Source of the DNA: Thalia democratica
Lineage: Eukaryota
Assembly (NCBI GenBank): GCA_965202585.1
Contig: OZ241833.1
Span: 26,970,001 to 27,034,000, forward strand
Reading direction: 5' to 3'
Length of the DNA stretch: 64,000 nucleotides
The translations under genes were made by a program, and so were the position numbers. Of the stretch, positions 21,340 through 33,100 are shown one piece after another. The notes under the pieces were generated by a model that was not told where the DNA came from, did no database searches, and saw only the letters and a program-made list of their open reading frames with translations. Position 1 is the first letter of the stretch; each line of letters starts with the position of its first letter.

Positions 21340-23522
21340 ATGAGCAGCCAATCGAGGACCAACGTGCGTCCCAACTGCCAGCCGAGGAGGAACGGCCACG
21401 CCCAGACCGACGGGCGTTACGAGGACGAGGAGCTGGAATGGAGCCCGGTGAGGGTCGGGTCCGCGCTCGCGGTGGTCTTGCTGCTCGCCTACGGATCTTA
21501 CAGCATGTACTCGCTCACCGAAAGTGACGTCAGCAGTGCCTACGTCAGGCCGTGAGTTGAATGTTCTTTTGTAAAATACACCTTTTATATTGTTATATAG
21601 AATATACTTTTTATCGTTATCAAAAAAAATTGTTTTGACCGGAAATTTCTGTATCTTTCAAAGTTTGAAATGTTAGTTTCTGTGTGAAGATTATAATTAA
21701 CCAAATAAAATTACGTTGAAATTAGTTTTTTAAAATAATTTTAAAATTTTCTTTTTTCCTGAAACACTTTAGGACTTAAGATATTAAATTTATAAGCCTA
21801 GACTTGAATAATTGTATAGTTCTAGTATGAAATAGTTCTTAACTTTTTCACAAGCTTATGAGGTTTATTAATACTTGATTTAAATTTTTTTTAGATGATT
21901 TTTGTTTTATTTTTATTGAAATTTTAATTTATGAGTTTTTGCATAAATTTATTTTGATACGCTTAAAAACAATTACTTTTTTTCTAACTATCAATTTTTA
22001 ACTTAAAAGTTTTGATTACCATACAAACAACATTGTTATAGTGCAATTAACCATTTTGTTGATTGTTTGACACAATTAATTTTTTTCTCACTGAAAATAA
22101 AGTAGTCAATTATTACTTTAGTTAATATTTCAAAGCCTAGCAAAGAAATAAGCCTAATGTTTCTACAGGGAACTGAAGCCCGGGATCGCCCCAGGTTGGA
22201 ACCCTCCTAAATTTAATGACCCCGAACCTCGACCTATCAATAACTTCCCTCAATTCGAGCCTGACCCTGTACGCCCTGACCACTGGTCTAAATTGACCCC
22301 ACTCCACCCAGACCCATCAAGAAATCCCAAGTTCCTCAATGGCGATCCCAGATTGCGCCCGACCGTCAAGCAGCCAAGAGGAGAGACCATGTCAGCTCAT
22401 AGTTTCGAGAAACCTCAGTTTCTTTCCGACAGACCTGCTGCTCTTAAAAAGAAACGGTGGGATGATGAGGACTTGGAGGACGTGAACCCTGTTGACAATC
22501 CTGCGAACTGGGAAAAAGTAAAGTATGATCAGAATCCGAGATCAGCGCGCGAAAAAAGTAAATACAGATATGACGGCGGTAACGATTTGAACAATGTTGA
22601 TGACCACTTTGAGCTGTCGAAGTGGGACGATCTTAAAAAGAAAAACGAAAAAAAGCACGCCCAAAGCTCGTATCTTGCACGTGAGAAAACAGAAGGCAGA
22701 TCTCAGCTTCCTCTTAATTCTCCCGCTGATCCCACCGGTAAACCTGCTGCTTCCAATAAAAAATGGTGGGAGGAGGAATTCGAGGAGCCTGATCTTGATG
22801 ATGAACCTATTGCTGCCAAGAAAAAATGGGGAAATGAAAATTTCGACGAAGATGATTTTTTAATGACTGACGAAGATGATTTCTTTTCCGACGAAGATGA
22901 TTACTTGTTGCCCGACGAAGATGACTATTTGATGACTGACGAAGATGATTTCTTGTTGCCCGACGAAGATGATTACTTGATGTCCGACGAAGATGATTAC
23001 TTGATGTCCGACGAAGATGATTTCTTGTATCCCGACGAAGATGATTTCTTTTTCGACGAAGATGACTACTTGATGTCCGACGAAGATGATTTCTCGTTTG
23101 ACGAAGATGACTACTTGTACCCCGACGAAGATGATTTCTTGTTGCCCGACGAAGATGATGACGAAGGCTATATTTTTGATCTCACCGATAAACCTGCTGC
23201 TCGCAACGAAGTATGGACGGGTGAAGGTCTCGAGGAAAGTTCTTTCTACCGTGAGTTGATCGCGTCGGACAAATCCCGATTTCCGACCAAGGAAAACCGT
23301 AAAAATGTCGACGGCAGAAATCCCAGCCGGGACTGGCCAGGATTCACGGCTGAAAAAAGTCGAAACGGGTATGCTGACGAGATTAAGTGGACGGATTTCG
23401 GTGCTGACCATGGAAAGTGGAACAAGGATCGGGATGAGGAGCGTTTCAACGGTAGAAACAACCAACGTGAGAAGAGGAGGTCTAATGGATTTGGAAGAAG
23501 GCCAGCAAACGTCCAGTGGTAA
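21340..23522 (+). CDS. Orphan type II single-pass membrane protein with acidic DEDD repeats, 521 aa
   Basis: Exon 21340-21551 (GTGAGT donor, phase 2) joins 22169-23522 (ttctacAG acceptor) in frame. A hydrophobic anchor VGSALAVVLLLAYGSYSMYSL sits at about aa 40-60. AATAAA is at 23574. Confidence 0.82.
22845..23163 (+). repeat. Coding 24/21-bp tandem repeat, 13 full units + partial, encoding DEDD(F/Y)(L/F/S)x(x)
   Basis: The GACGAAGATGA(T/C) core recurs every 21 or 24 nt from 22845. Confidence 0.95.
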
Positions 23523-24915
23523 TAGAAGCAGCACCCGGTCGATATATAAAAGATAAATGCACATTTAAACATAAATAAATCTAAATGTATAATATAATAA
23601 ATATAATAAAGCAATACTTGTCTGGCGTGTTTTTGTTTTAAGCTTTGAGTTATGCATAAATATAATGCTACAAAACCAACCGACTTAACAGACAGCATAG
23701 TACTTATAATTCTTTAAGTTTAAAAGCTATTAGAAAAAGGATGTCTGTTTCACTTTATTTTTTTAGTTATTCTTTATAAGGGTTCTTTATTTTGAAATAT
23801 AATGTGGATATCGTACAAACTATTAGAATTAGAACTACAATTATTTTTAAAGTATTTAAAAATTGTTAAAAATTCTCTATCATATGTTTAAAATCGTCTT
23901 GTTTTCGCTAAGTTGTAGATGATATAAATCAGCAAACATTTTGTTTAAAATAAGGTTTTGACCAGTTTAAAAAATCATATGGGTATATCCAAAAAATATT
24001 TCAGTAGCTTTCTGTTTACTTGAAACTTTTATTATCACTACTATGAACATAGAAATTAGAAATTCTTTTGAAAAGCTTCTTAACTATGCTTTTTTTAATC
24101 ATAATAAATTTACTTTGTAAATGCAAACTATACTTGTTATAGGTTTAAGCACTAGTTGTGTTAGAATCGTTAACCAAAAGTTTCCTTCGTACACCAGGTT
24201 CTTGGACCAAACGTTTTGAGCGCTTCTCTTTTGTTATTCAATAAACAATAAGTTAAGTCAGGATTTAGTGCTAGTTATTAAATTTAATTTTGCTTACTTT
24301 TTTTCATACAAAAGTTAATTAATATTTTTAATATCAAAATTAAGATTATATATGTATATTTTTTTAACTGCACCAAATAAAAAAGTATTCACAAAACTAA
24401 ATTATTAATTTGATTTAACTTTTTTACTTCTAGTATTTTTTAAAGCAGTTAAAATTAGGGATGTTTTGAGACTTAATTGTTTCGACTTACTTGATAAAGA
24501 AAAGTTTCCTGGACAGAGAAAAAATACTAAAATTCTGTTTTAATTAAAAGATTTACACATATTTACACAGTATGTTGCCACTTAGTATCTTAATTATTTT
24601 TTTGAAAAAATGATAATTTCCTGACTAAGTAACAACTGTTTTAATTGCTACTGTGAAAAAAAATTGTTTATTTTTGTATAATTTAATGTGAAGTTTAAAG
24701 TGAATAGTAAAAGTTAGGTTAGCTTTGTGTTTATATAGTCAAGATTTTTCTAGAAATTACTAATTGGTACTTTTCTCTTTGGGATTTGCTAGTTTTTGCA
24801 CTACATGTCAGACCAAAATTGTCAGGTTAAAAATATTTCTTTTTTTGGAAATAGTTTTTTTACCAGGCATAGAAACAACCACTTATATCAACAATGAATT
24901 TGTTATAGTTTGACC

Positions 24916-25059
24916 ATGTCGTGTACTAATAATAATCCTGGGCAAGACGATAAACAGTGTCCAAGTGACGAACGGCTTGATAACCGGGAAGTTTTTTTGC
25001 CAGATCTTGACACCTGTTGTTTCGAGTGTTGTCGTACAACAAACGTTATAACAATCTAA
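24916..25059 (+). CDS. Candidate 47-aa Cys-cluster microprotein
   Basis: Sequence MSCTNNNPGQDDKQCPSDERLDNREVFLPDLDTCCFECCRTTNVITI*. It has ACC-ATG context, an AG acceptor at 24907-24908 and locally raised GC. It is below the ORF-track cut-off. Confidence 0.4.
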   Translation: MSCTNNNPGQDDKQCPSDERLDNREVFLPDLDTCCFECCRTTNVITI

Positions 25060-25154
25060 ACTGTTTTGCATAAGAAGTTTTTTATGAGCACATTGTTTAT
25101 CATTTAGCACCTACTGTGTTTTTCTACCAAGTTTTAGCACCTACTGTGCACTAC

Positions 25155-25676
25155 AAATATTGTTAAAAAGATTCAGTGTTTATGAAAAATTTATAAACAC
25201 TTAAGTAAGTGATTACCTTTAATAGACCAATAGTTTGAAATCTGTGCAGAAAAAATAACTAAATAAAAAAGTTGTCAACTCTAAACTGTTTAATGTGCAA
25301 CTTTTATACAATATTACAAGTATAACGGTGTAAATGTGTTCGTAGTATGCACTTCCTGAAAAGAAACCAAAACATTATTTTGGAAAAAAAAAAAACTGCG
25401 TTAAAATTTTCACTAACAGTAAACATTTTTGTGACAAGTAAAATACTTTTACGCAAACGTTTGAATTACCGTCTTCAAAATCAGCTTTTCACAAGCTTGA
25501 TACCGTTATACTTGTAATATTGTATAAAAGTTGCACATTAAACAGTTTAGAGTTGACAACTTTTTTATTTAGTTATTTTTTCTGCACAGATTTCAAACTA
25601 TTGGTCTATTAAAGGTAATCACTTACTTAAGTGTTTATAAATTTTTCATAAACACTGAATCTTTTTAACAATATTT
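25155..25676. repeat. Long inverted repeat: 175-bp arms (25155-25329 / 25502-25676), ~170-bp spacer
   Basis: The arms read as essentially exact reverse complements (aaatattgttaaaaagattcagtg... / ...cactgaatctttttaacaatattt). Confidence 0.95.
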
Positions 25677-26033
25677 AAGTTGTATTTTACTGCTTATTTT
25701 CAACATGAGATTTAGCTTAGCTTCATCGACATAAAGTTGAAGTATGCAATACTTTCATTATAAGAAGAAAGTACTATAATCACTAGATTTTGAAATTATT
25801 TTAAAATAAATTTTTAATTAAAATTTATATACCACTTTGTATTATCCGTTTCTATAAATTTAACGGTTTTCTATTTTGAACGTGAAATTAATCGTTAAAT
25901 CAATTGAAATAAAAAGTAATCTAATTTTATGCTGGGTTGATCATTTTCTAAATGAATCATTAATCTTTAATCATGATATGTTAAAGCTATAGCTTAACAT
26001 GTGTTACAACAATTTCTAAAGCAAGTTTTAGTC

Positions 26034-26359
26034 CAGAGGTCGGCAGCATTTTATGATTTGCGGGCCAATTTTCTCATAAGTTGTTGCTCGTTAGCCACAC
26101 TCGGTAGAAAAGTTTTCACCTGGCTACTTAGAATAATTGAAGTTTACATAGAAAAACACTATTTTAAACAATAAGTTTGACAATGCATATATACAACATT
26201 ATAACACTAACTAGTTATAAATCTTAGAGGTTTATCGCAAGTTTTTACTAGATTTTTTTGCTTTCAAAAAAGTATGATTTTTGCTGTAAAAGCATGGCGG
26301 GTAGAAAATGTTTGCTTCGCGAGCCGTATTTAGCCAACGGGCCGCAGTTTGCTGACCCG
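26034..26359. mobile_element. hAT-like MITE
   Basis: CAGAGGTCGGCA / TGCTGACCCG ends, GCGGGCC subterminal motifs, TSD ttttagtc / ttttaggc. Confidence 0.7.
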
Positions 26360-26431
26360 TTTTAGGCCCTAAAACATTATTTTAAATGACCACTCAAACA
26401 TCAAAACTAGTTTTTTCACACCTGCATTCTT

Positions 26432-27430
26432 TCAATCTTTACTCTTATGTTGAATATTTGGTTGACACATCAGTATATAGTAGCAATAAAACTGAGTTAT
26501 CATAGAAGTCAAACTTTTAAATGATAACTTGACAAATGCAAGAACAACTTCTGAAACAAAATTAAGCTAACAATCTACTGAATAGAATACAAGTATTTTT
26601 TGTAAAAAATTTTATTTTTTAATTTGAAAAAACATGAGCTTAAGCCAGCGTTTCACATACGTATTTTCATAATCGCCCTCATGAAAGCACATTTTAAAAT
26701 AGTTGCACTACTTGTTTCGAAATCAGCAGGAATTTGGTGGTCCCAGGCTAGTTTTAATGTATAAAAACCCTTGTTAGCCGCAGTTGTAGTAAAGACGTAA
26801 CCTTATTGTTTTAGTCTTCATTACAAACCTTTAAGTATCTAATGCAGGGTTCCCCAAAATGGGCGATATCGTCCATTTTGGGATGAAATTAGTAAGTAGG
26901 GAGGCAATAACTAGTAAAATCGCAAAAGGGAGAGGAATTTAAAAATTTTGGGCAGTCAAGAAATTTTGAAACTTGCACTAGATATTCTTGAGTTGCAGAT
27001 GAAGAGCAAAAAAAAAGGAAAATTTTGTTTTTAAATGGTAGTTTTATGAGTAGTCTTGCTGGAGGGGGCAATAGCCTTTTTAACTTATTTAAAGGGGCCA
27101 TTTGAAAAAATGTTTGGTAAACACTGATCTAGTGTCTAACTCTAAAACATTCTACCGTAAATTTTCCTTCAGACTTTTTTTTACTCTTCATTTAAAACTA
27201 CAAAATATTTAGTGTAGGCTAGTTGATTACTTATTAACCGCCTTACTAGTTATCGCCCCCATTAGTCTTCGCTACAAACCCTCGAAGATCTGGTGTAATT
27301 TTTAGACCTATTTTGTGATTATTATTCATACGTTTCTTATATCCCACCCACTACCAAACCAAGAATATCCAGTGCGAGTTGGTTTTTTACCCATATACTC
27401 TTTTTCCATCTCTATGCTTGTCGCCCTCAT
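26432..27430 (-). CDS. Candidate cryptic small gene on the minus strand
   Basis: A symmetric phase-1 exon at 26801-26661 (YVFTTTAANKGFYTLKLAWDHQIPADFETSSATILKCAFMRAIMKI) has AG and GTATGT boundaries and only one open frame. The next exon, 26550-26432, follows a tttgtttcAG acceptor and is open in the matching phase. A candidate first exon starts at ATG 27430 (MRATSIEMEKEYM, G|GTAAAA donor). A hAT MITE falls inside the implied intron. Confidence 0.33.
26845..27126. mobile_element. CAGGGTTTCCCAAA-family hAT MITE
   Basis: Termini CAGGGTTCCCCAAA / TTTGGTAAACACTG; TSD atctaatg / atctagtg. Confidence 0.8.
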
Positions 27431-27740
27431 TTTTCAACTATTCATTTAAAATCTGACAATATCTAGTAGGAGCTAGTTAGTTATCCATTAACCTTTTGTT
27501 GCTTTTGCTAGTAAACGGACAAATGCTAAACAACAAACTATAAATTGTAATAGCAGGCTTTGAAGTAAAAATTCTTTGAATGACCAAAATTTCCCAAAAA
27601 GAGACGATATCGTCCCCTTTTGGAAACCCTGCTCTAGGTAACCCATCAAGCACTAACAAATCAAAATAACGAGATAACTTTACCAATATTAATTGTTAAG
27701 GTTTAAAAAAATTTATAATTCTTTCCTGGCTTATATAAAA

Positions 27741-28115
27741 CAGTGTTTCCCAAACAGGGATAAGTGACCCCTTGGGTGCCATGAGCAGTTAAGGGACCAC
27801 GGGGGGTCATGAGGTCGTAATTTAAAACTTACACTAGATTAGATATTCTGGGGCTGATGATGATGAAGCAAAAAAAGGTCTTAATGGTAGTTTTGGAACT
27901 TAAACTGGATATTGTGGAAAAAATTTAGGGGGTCATAAGCCGTAAAAGGGGACCAAGTTGAAACTTACACTAGATATTCTGGAGTTTATGATGAAGAGCA
28001 AAAAAAAAGGTTTAATCAGTTTTAATGGTACTTTTTGAGAAATTTTGTTGGAGGGGGCTATAGCTTTTTCAATTTCCTTAAACGGGAATTATGAAAACTA
28101 GTTTTGGAAACCCTA
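27741..28115. mobile_element. CAGGGTTTCCCAAA-family hAT MITE with internal duplication
   Basis: CAGTGTTTCCCAAA ... TTTGGAAACCCTA; TSD atataaaa / atatagaa; aaacttacactaga occurs twice. Confidence 0.78.
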
Positions 28116-28293
28116 ATATAGAAGTTACAAAATTATCTAATAAAAAGTTTTAAGGTGAATTATAAACTTTGACCTTTTTGGAAAATGTTTTCCTTAGTTA
28201 TGCTTCTTAACTATATTTTTGACTTTTCTCTGCTGTTTTAGATTTTTATGAAATTTTCGTAGCTCTTAATGATAAAACTATGTATATTTTTAC

Positions 28294-28806
28294 TAGGGTT
28301 GGGAAACGTTTTTATTCGGCGGGCCGGAGCATTTCAATATGATTTAATACACAAGAATTACTCATTCATTTCAACAATACTAATTCTATGGGACCTTGTT
28401 TTTACTATAGAGGTTTTAAATCTCTTATATTACACCCAAGACTTTTTTATTGCTCTTGCTTTAAAATTCCAGAACATCCAAAACAAAAATGCAAACTTAT
28501 TAATTTGGTTTAACAGGCCAGAGTTACATGCTGGCAGCTCGCAATATTACTTTTCGCGCATTCCACTTCAATCTCGAAAACATTGGCAGGCCTGTCATTT
28601 TCACATTCGGATCCGGCACGTACGTTTCCGACCGTGAAATTCTGTTAAATTAGCTACGAAAAAAATCAAAAAGCAGAAAACATTTATGTTTTTTCATAAA
28701 ACTAGAGAACAATAATGGGTGATAACAAATTTTAATCGGAACGTATTTTGTCAATAAACATTTTTATGAAATTTAAAGCTTTTTATATAACTAATTTGCG
28801 GACCCA
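28294..28806. mobile_element. Decayed hAT-like element
   Basis: TAGGGTTGGGAAAC left end, GCGGGCCGG motif, TTTGCGGACCCAG right end; no clean TSD. Confidence 0.4.
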
Positions 28807-30142
28807 GTAGCTCAACTTTTTTTTGGCTCTTTATTGTTATCGTCAGCGTTTTTCTCAGAAACTGACTTCATAGTTCTTGAAGAACTAATACTAAGTGAAT
28901 ATACTAAAATCTTTAACATTCCGATTTTATAAAAGACTGTACTTGAGTCAATCAATTTTTCAAGCAGGAAACTAACTTAGCTTTTTAATGACTCCTCTAA
29001 TCACAATTAACATCTTTAGGAATTCCATTCACAATATTTTTTTCTTGTCAAGTCTTAAAACAAGATAATAAAGAAAAGTGTTGCTAAAGCGATTTAGAAA
29101 ATAAAGATTTTTTTAACACTAGTACTGCTATGTACCTCATAACGATGCACTGAAAAGAAATTGAAAACTTGGTGGACTTTCAAGTAAATTAGTAAACATA
29201 AGTATTTAAGATAGCATTTTGTACTATAGGTTGAAAAAACAAACTTTGTTTAAAATTTTACATAAGAATAAACGGGCTTTAATTGCTATTAAGCTTAAAG
29301 ATTTTAGTTTAGGAGCTAGCTTTTACTTTTTTTAAATAGTACATGGATCATTGTTAAATAAAATAATGTATTTAGACAATTTTTTATACTGAAATTGGAG
29401 CTAGAACCATACTAGTCCTAGTAATTTGCTTCTAAATAGAAATACTGAACTTTAACTAATATTTTCTCTGTGCAAACCATAAATTCAGTTTTTTAGAGTA
29501 TATGTATTTTTACGAAAGATTTTTAAAATCGTTTTTGTATATTTCAAACTAAATCTCTGTTTTACAAATAGAAATCAGATTGTCATTCAAAAACAGCACT
29601 TAAAGTTAGATTTTAAAATATATATCTAAATGTCTTAACTTTATTCAACTATAAAATATAAAATAAAGTCTGTGATTGACTGTATTATACTTGATGACTA
29701 TCACAAAACGCATTTACTATCAAAAAACAAGAAAAGTTTTTATTATCTTTTTATTAGTTTTTAAATGAAATTTATCTAAAATAGTAATAAATTAATTGGT
29801 TTTATAAACAAACAGAATACCTTAAAGAAAACTAGTTTTTTAGTATAGAAAAGAACAAAAGAAAAATGTAGAAAAAGATCATTAGCACCTATTATTTTGA
29901 ATGTTAAATTTACTAATAATTAAACTTACACAAAAATTTGTAATAAAAGTTTACAACTGGTGTATGAAAATATTCAAAATCTTAAACCGAGCTATATAAA
30001 ACAAACTAAAGAACATGTGTGCGATCAAACTGCATTTAGGACGCAGTTTGTAACTCTGGTGCATTTTCTATTTCTCACTGACAACTATCAAAAAACTCTA
30101 CACGTTAAACTCGTAGAAACACTATTGAGTTTTATTATCTTA

Positions 30143-33100
30143 CTACATGTTGAACTTGTACGATACCGACCCGTCCACCTTGTGGATTGAGGTGGAGAAG
30201 GACTTGAGCTGCACGTTCTGCCCGTCTTTTATCATGCACGCGTTCGAGTCCTCCCAGTTGTCCGGCGCCTCCAGGTCCTTGTCCGTGTAGAACAGCAGGT
30301 CGAATCCGCCTGCGAAAATATTGATTTTAACGCGATATGTTCCTTTGATGTATTTTTGTCTTATAAGTGGCAGCAAGCTATAGAAAATGTTTATTTATAC
30401 TGATCGTTTGTTTTAATCAAAAAAGAAATTGATGAAAAACGAATGATTTTGATTGAATTTTAATTAAACCAAGTACAGTAACCTCTCGCTTATTTACGCA
30501 CATTGTGTCCACAGAAAAAGTGCGTAAAGATACGAGAGATCGTAAAGATACGAGAGGTATCAAATATACTTACTATAATGGCTGTTTTTTGATATAGCTT
30601 CTAGTTAAAAGCAGACTGGTACTTTACTAGTTTTAACAATTTTTTCACTAAATTTATTAATATGAAAACAAAAGACATCTATTAAAAAAAAGGATTTAAA
30701 TTTATATAAAGTGATAATACTTGTAAACTAATTTAAATAATTTTAATAAGAAGTAGATTTTATCTTAATCTTTATTTATATCAGACTTATTTGATACTTA
30801 ACATTTATATTCTATTGTACTTAGCAAATTCAATTTATAATTAAGCTTTTGTTTACAATTAAGAAATGGTGTGATGTCTATATTAAAATCTGTTTCTATA
30901 GTCTTTTACAAAAATATCCATTTGGTGCTGTAAAGGATTTCTTCTTTTGAACAAAAATATGTACGATAAAGATAAATGTTTAATAACATTTTTTTATGTT
31001 ACTACAACTTTGCTAATTTTGCCCACATAAGGATAAACTTAAATTTAACCTCCTATTGTTAACAAAATTTATAATATACGGATGTATAACTAAATGTTCA
31101 TTAACGAGTCAAGGAACATAAGTTAACAAAGTCTAAAGATATAGAGAGGTGAGTTAGCATTTAAAAACACATCTTAAATTAAAAATATACAATAAACCTA
31201 ATTTGAGCAATACTAAAAAAAATTATAATTTATATTTTTCGAACTTTAAGAATTCTAAAATGCGTAACTAAACGAGAGTGCGTAACGTCACGAGTGCGTA
31301 AAGATGCGAGATGTAAATGAGACCAAAAAATCACAGCAAATCGAATCAGTCTGCTTGTTTTTTATAATTCAGGGTTTCCACGCAAAACTTTGTAGATTTA
31401 GCCTGAATGTTCAAGATTTTGACCGATTTAGCCTGAATTTTACCTTCCTCTTCAGTAGGCACTTTAAGTACGCACTTCCAGTTGAATACGCATTCAGAGT
31501 ACGCATTATAAGTACGTATTTTGAGAGGTACATATTTTAGTACGCACATCTTATTCAGTACACATTTTTGAACCAAAATAAAAACTTTCTGTCAGGTATC
31601 TTTTATATTTATACTAGTAATTCTTAGCTATAAACTTTCCATTGAATAGTTGCTGTGTTCAGAATGTGTATTATAGCAAAATATAACTGTAATAATAAGT
31701 ATTGGTATGTAAAAATAAATAATATAAACTTAATTATAAAAAATCAATAGTAGTTCAAAATGTTTCTAGCAAAATTTTGCAATTTTAGTCTGACTTTAAA
31801 GGACTTTTTGTTAATTTGTTACTATTGAAAAATAAATTTTATAAATTAGAACTGACAAATTCTGACATTTTCACCTAAAAAAACTGATTTGGTGTCAATT
31901 TAACCTAAAAAAACTGATTTTTGGTCATTTTGACCCCAAAAAACCGATTTAGCCTGACCCTTGGCAACCAACCCTGTATAATTATGTAAAAGAGCAAAAA
32001 TTGCAATTTTTTTATAAGTGTGATGCAGGCCATTTGAAATGCATAAAAAATTTAGTAACATGTTAACACTATGTTATGTTGTTATAATTAAAACCAACAA
32101 CCATAATAAACTTCAGTAGAAACTAACAAGTAGTGTCGAGCAACGGAAGGAAGGTGACGGTTGCTGTTATTTGCCTGATTATCGACCGAATTTCCTTGTT
32201 TATTTCCGCCTCTGCTTTGTTGCTGAAAAATAAAACTAACAATTTAGTTAATATTTTTGTTTGTACAACTGCTTTAACTTATACCAAAAAAAGAATAACT
32301 ATTACCAGTAATAAGATAACTTAATGTTACCAGGCTTGCCACTCATTTTTTCAAATTTTTTTCCAGGTTTTCCAAATTTCTTCCAGGTTTTAAAAAGTGT
32401 ACATTTTTGGGTCTATTTTTAGCTTTAAGTTAATTTCTATAAAAGTAACTGTATTAAATAGTACAAAAACATTTAAAAGATGAAGTAAAGTTATTTTAAA
32501 TGTGTTTTCTAATAAAAAAAATTTTTGATGGTGACAATTAGTACTTTTTAGTACTGAAAATGTTAAAATTATTAAAAATTCCAGGTTTTTCCAGGTTTTT
32601 TGATCAAAATTCCATGTTTTTTCAGGTTTTTTTCAAAATTTCTCAATTTCCAGGTTTTTCCAGGTTATTTTTGCCTAAATTGTCGAATTCCAGGTTTTTC
32701 AAGGTTTTTCCAGGTTTCCAGGTAAAGTGGCACCCTGTGTTACACAACTAGCTTTAGTTTCAACTTTTAACTTTATTACTATTTATTATTTTTTTAAAAA
32801 TACTTATACTTTATTTGTTACTTAAAAAATATTCAAAACAGTTATGAGAAAATTATTTGAAACAGCTAAGTTAACTTATAACTTAAAAATATATATACAA
32901 CTTTTTAACAGTAAACTATATTATAAGAAATATCTTTAGCTTTAAAAAAAACTAGAAATTGATATTTTTTAAATTACAATTAAATAAGTCATAATATTGA
33001 CCAAATTCTATTAAGCATTTAATTAAATTTAAGCAAAATATCACCAACTACTTTAAATTTTGCAATGAACCAAAAACACACAAAAAAGTCAGGTCACTTA

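Noticed and set aside
22860-23698. Antisense ORFs (234 and 150 aa) with IIFVG repeats
   Set aside because: Mirror of the DEDD repeat; the + frame has the splice sites, start and polyA signal.
32560-32751. 63-aa ORF with PGFSR repeats
   Set aside because: Translation of the CCAGGTTTT internal repeats of a non-autonomous element.
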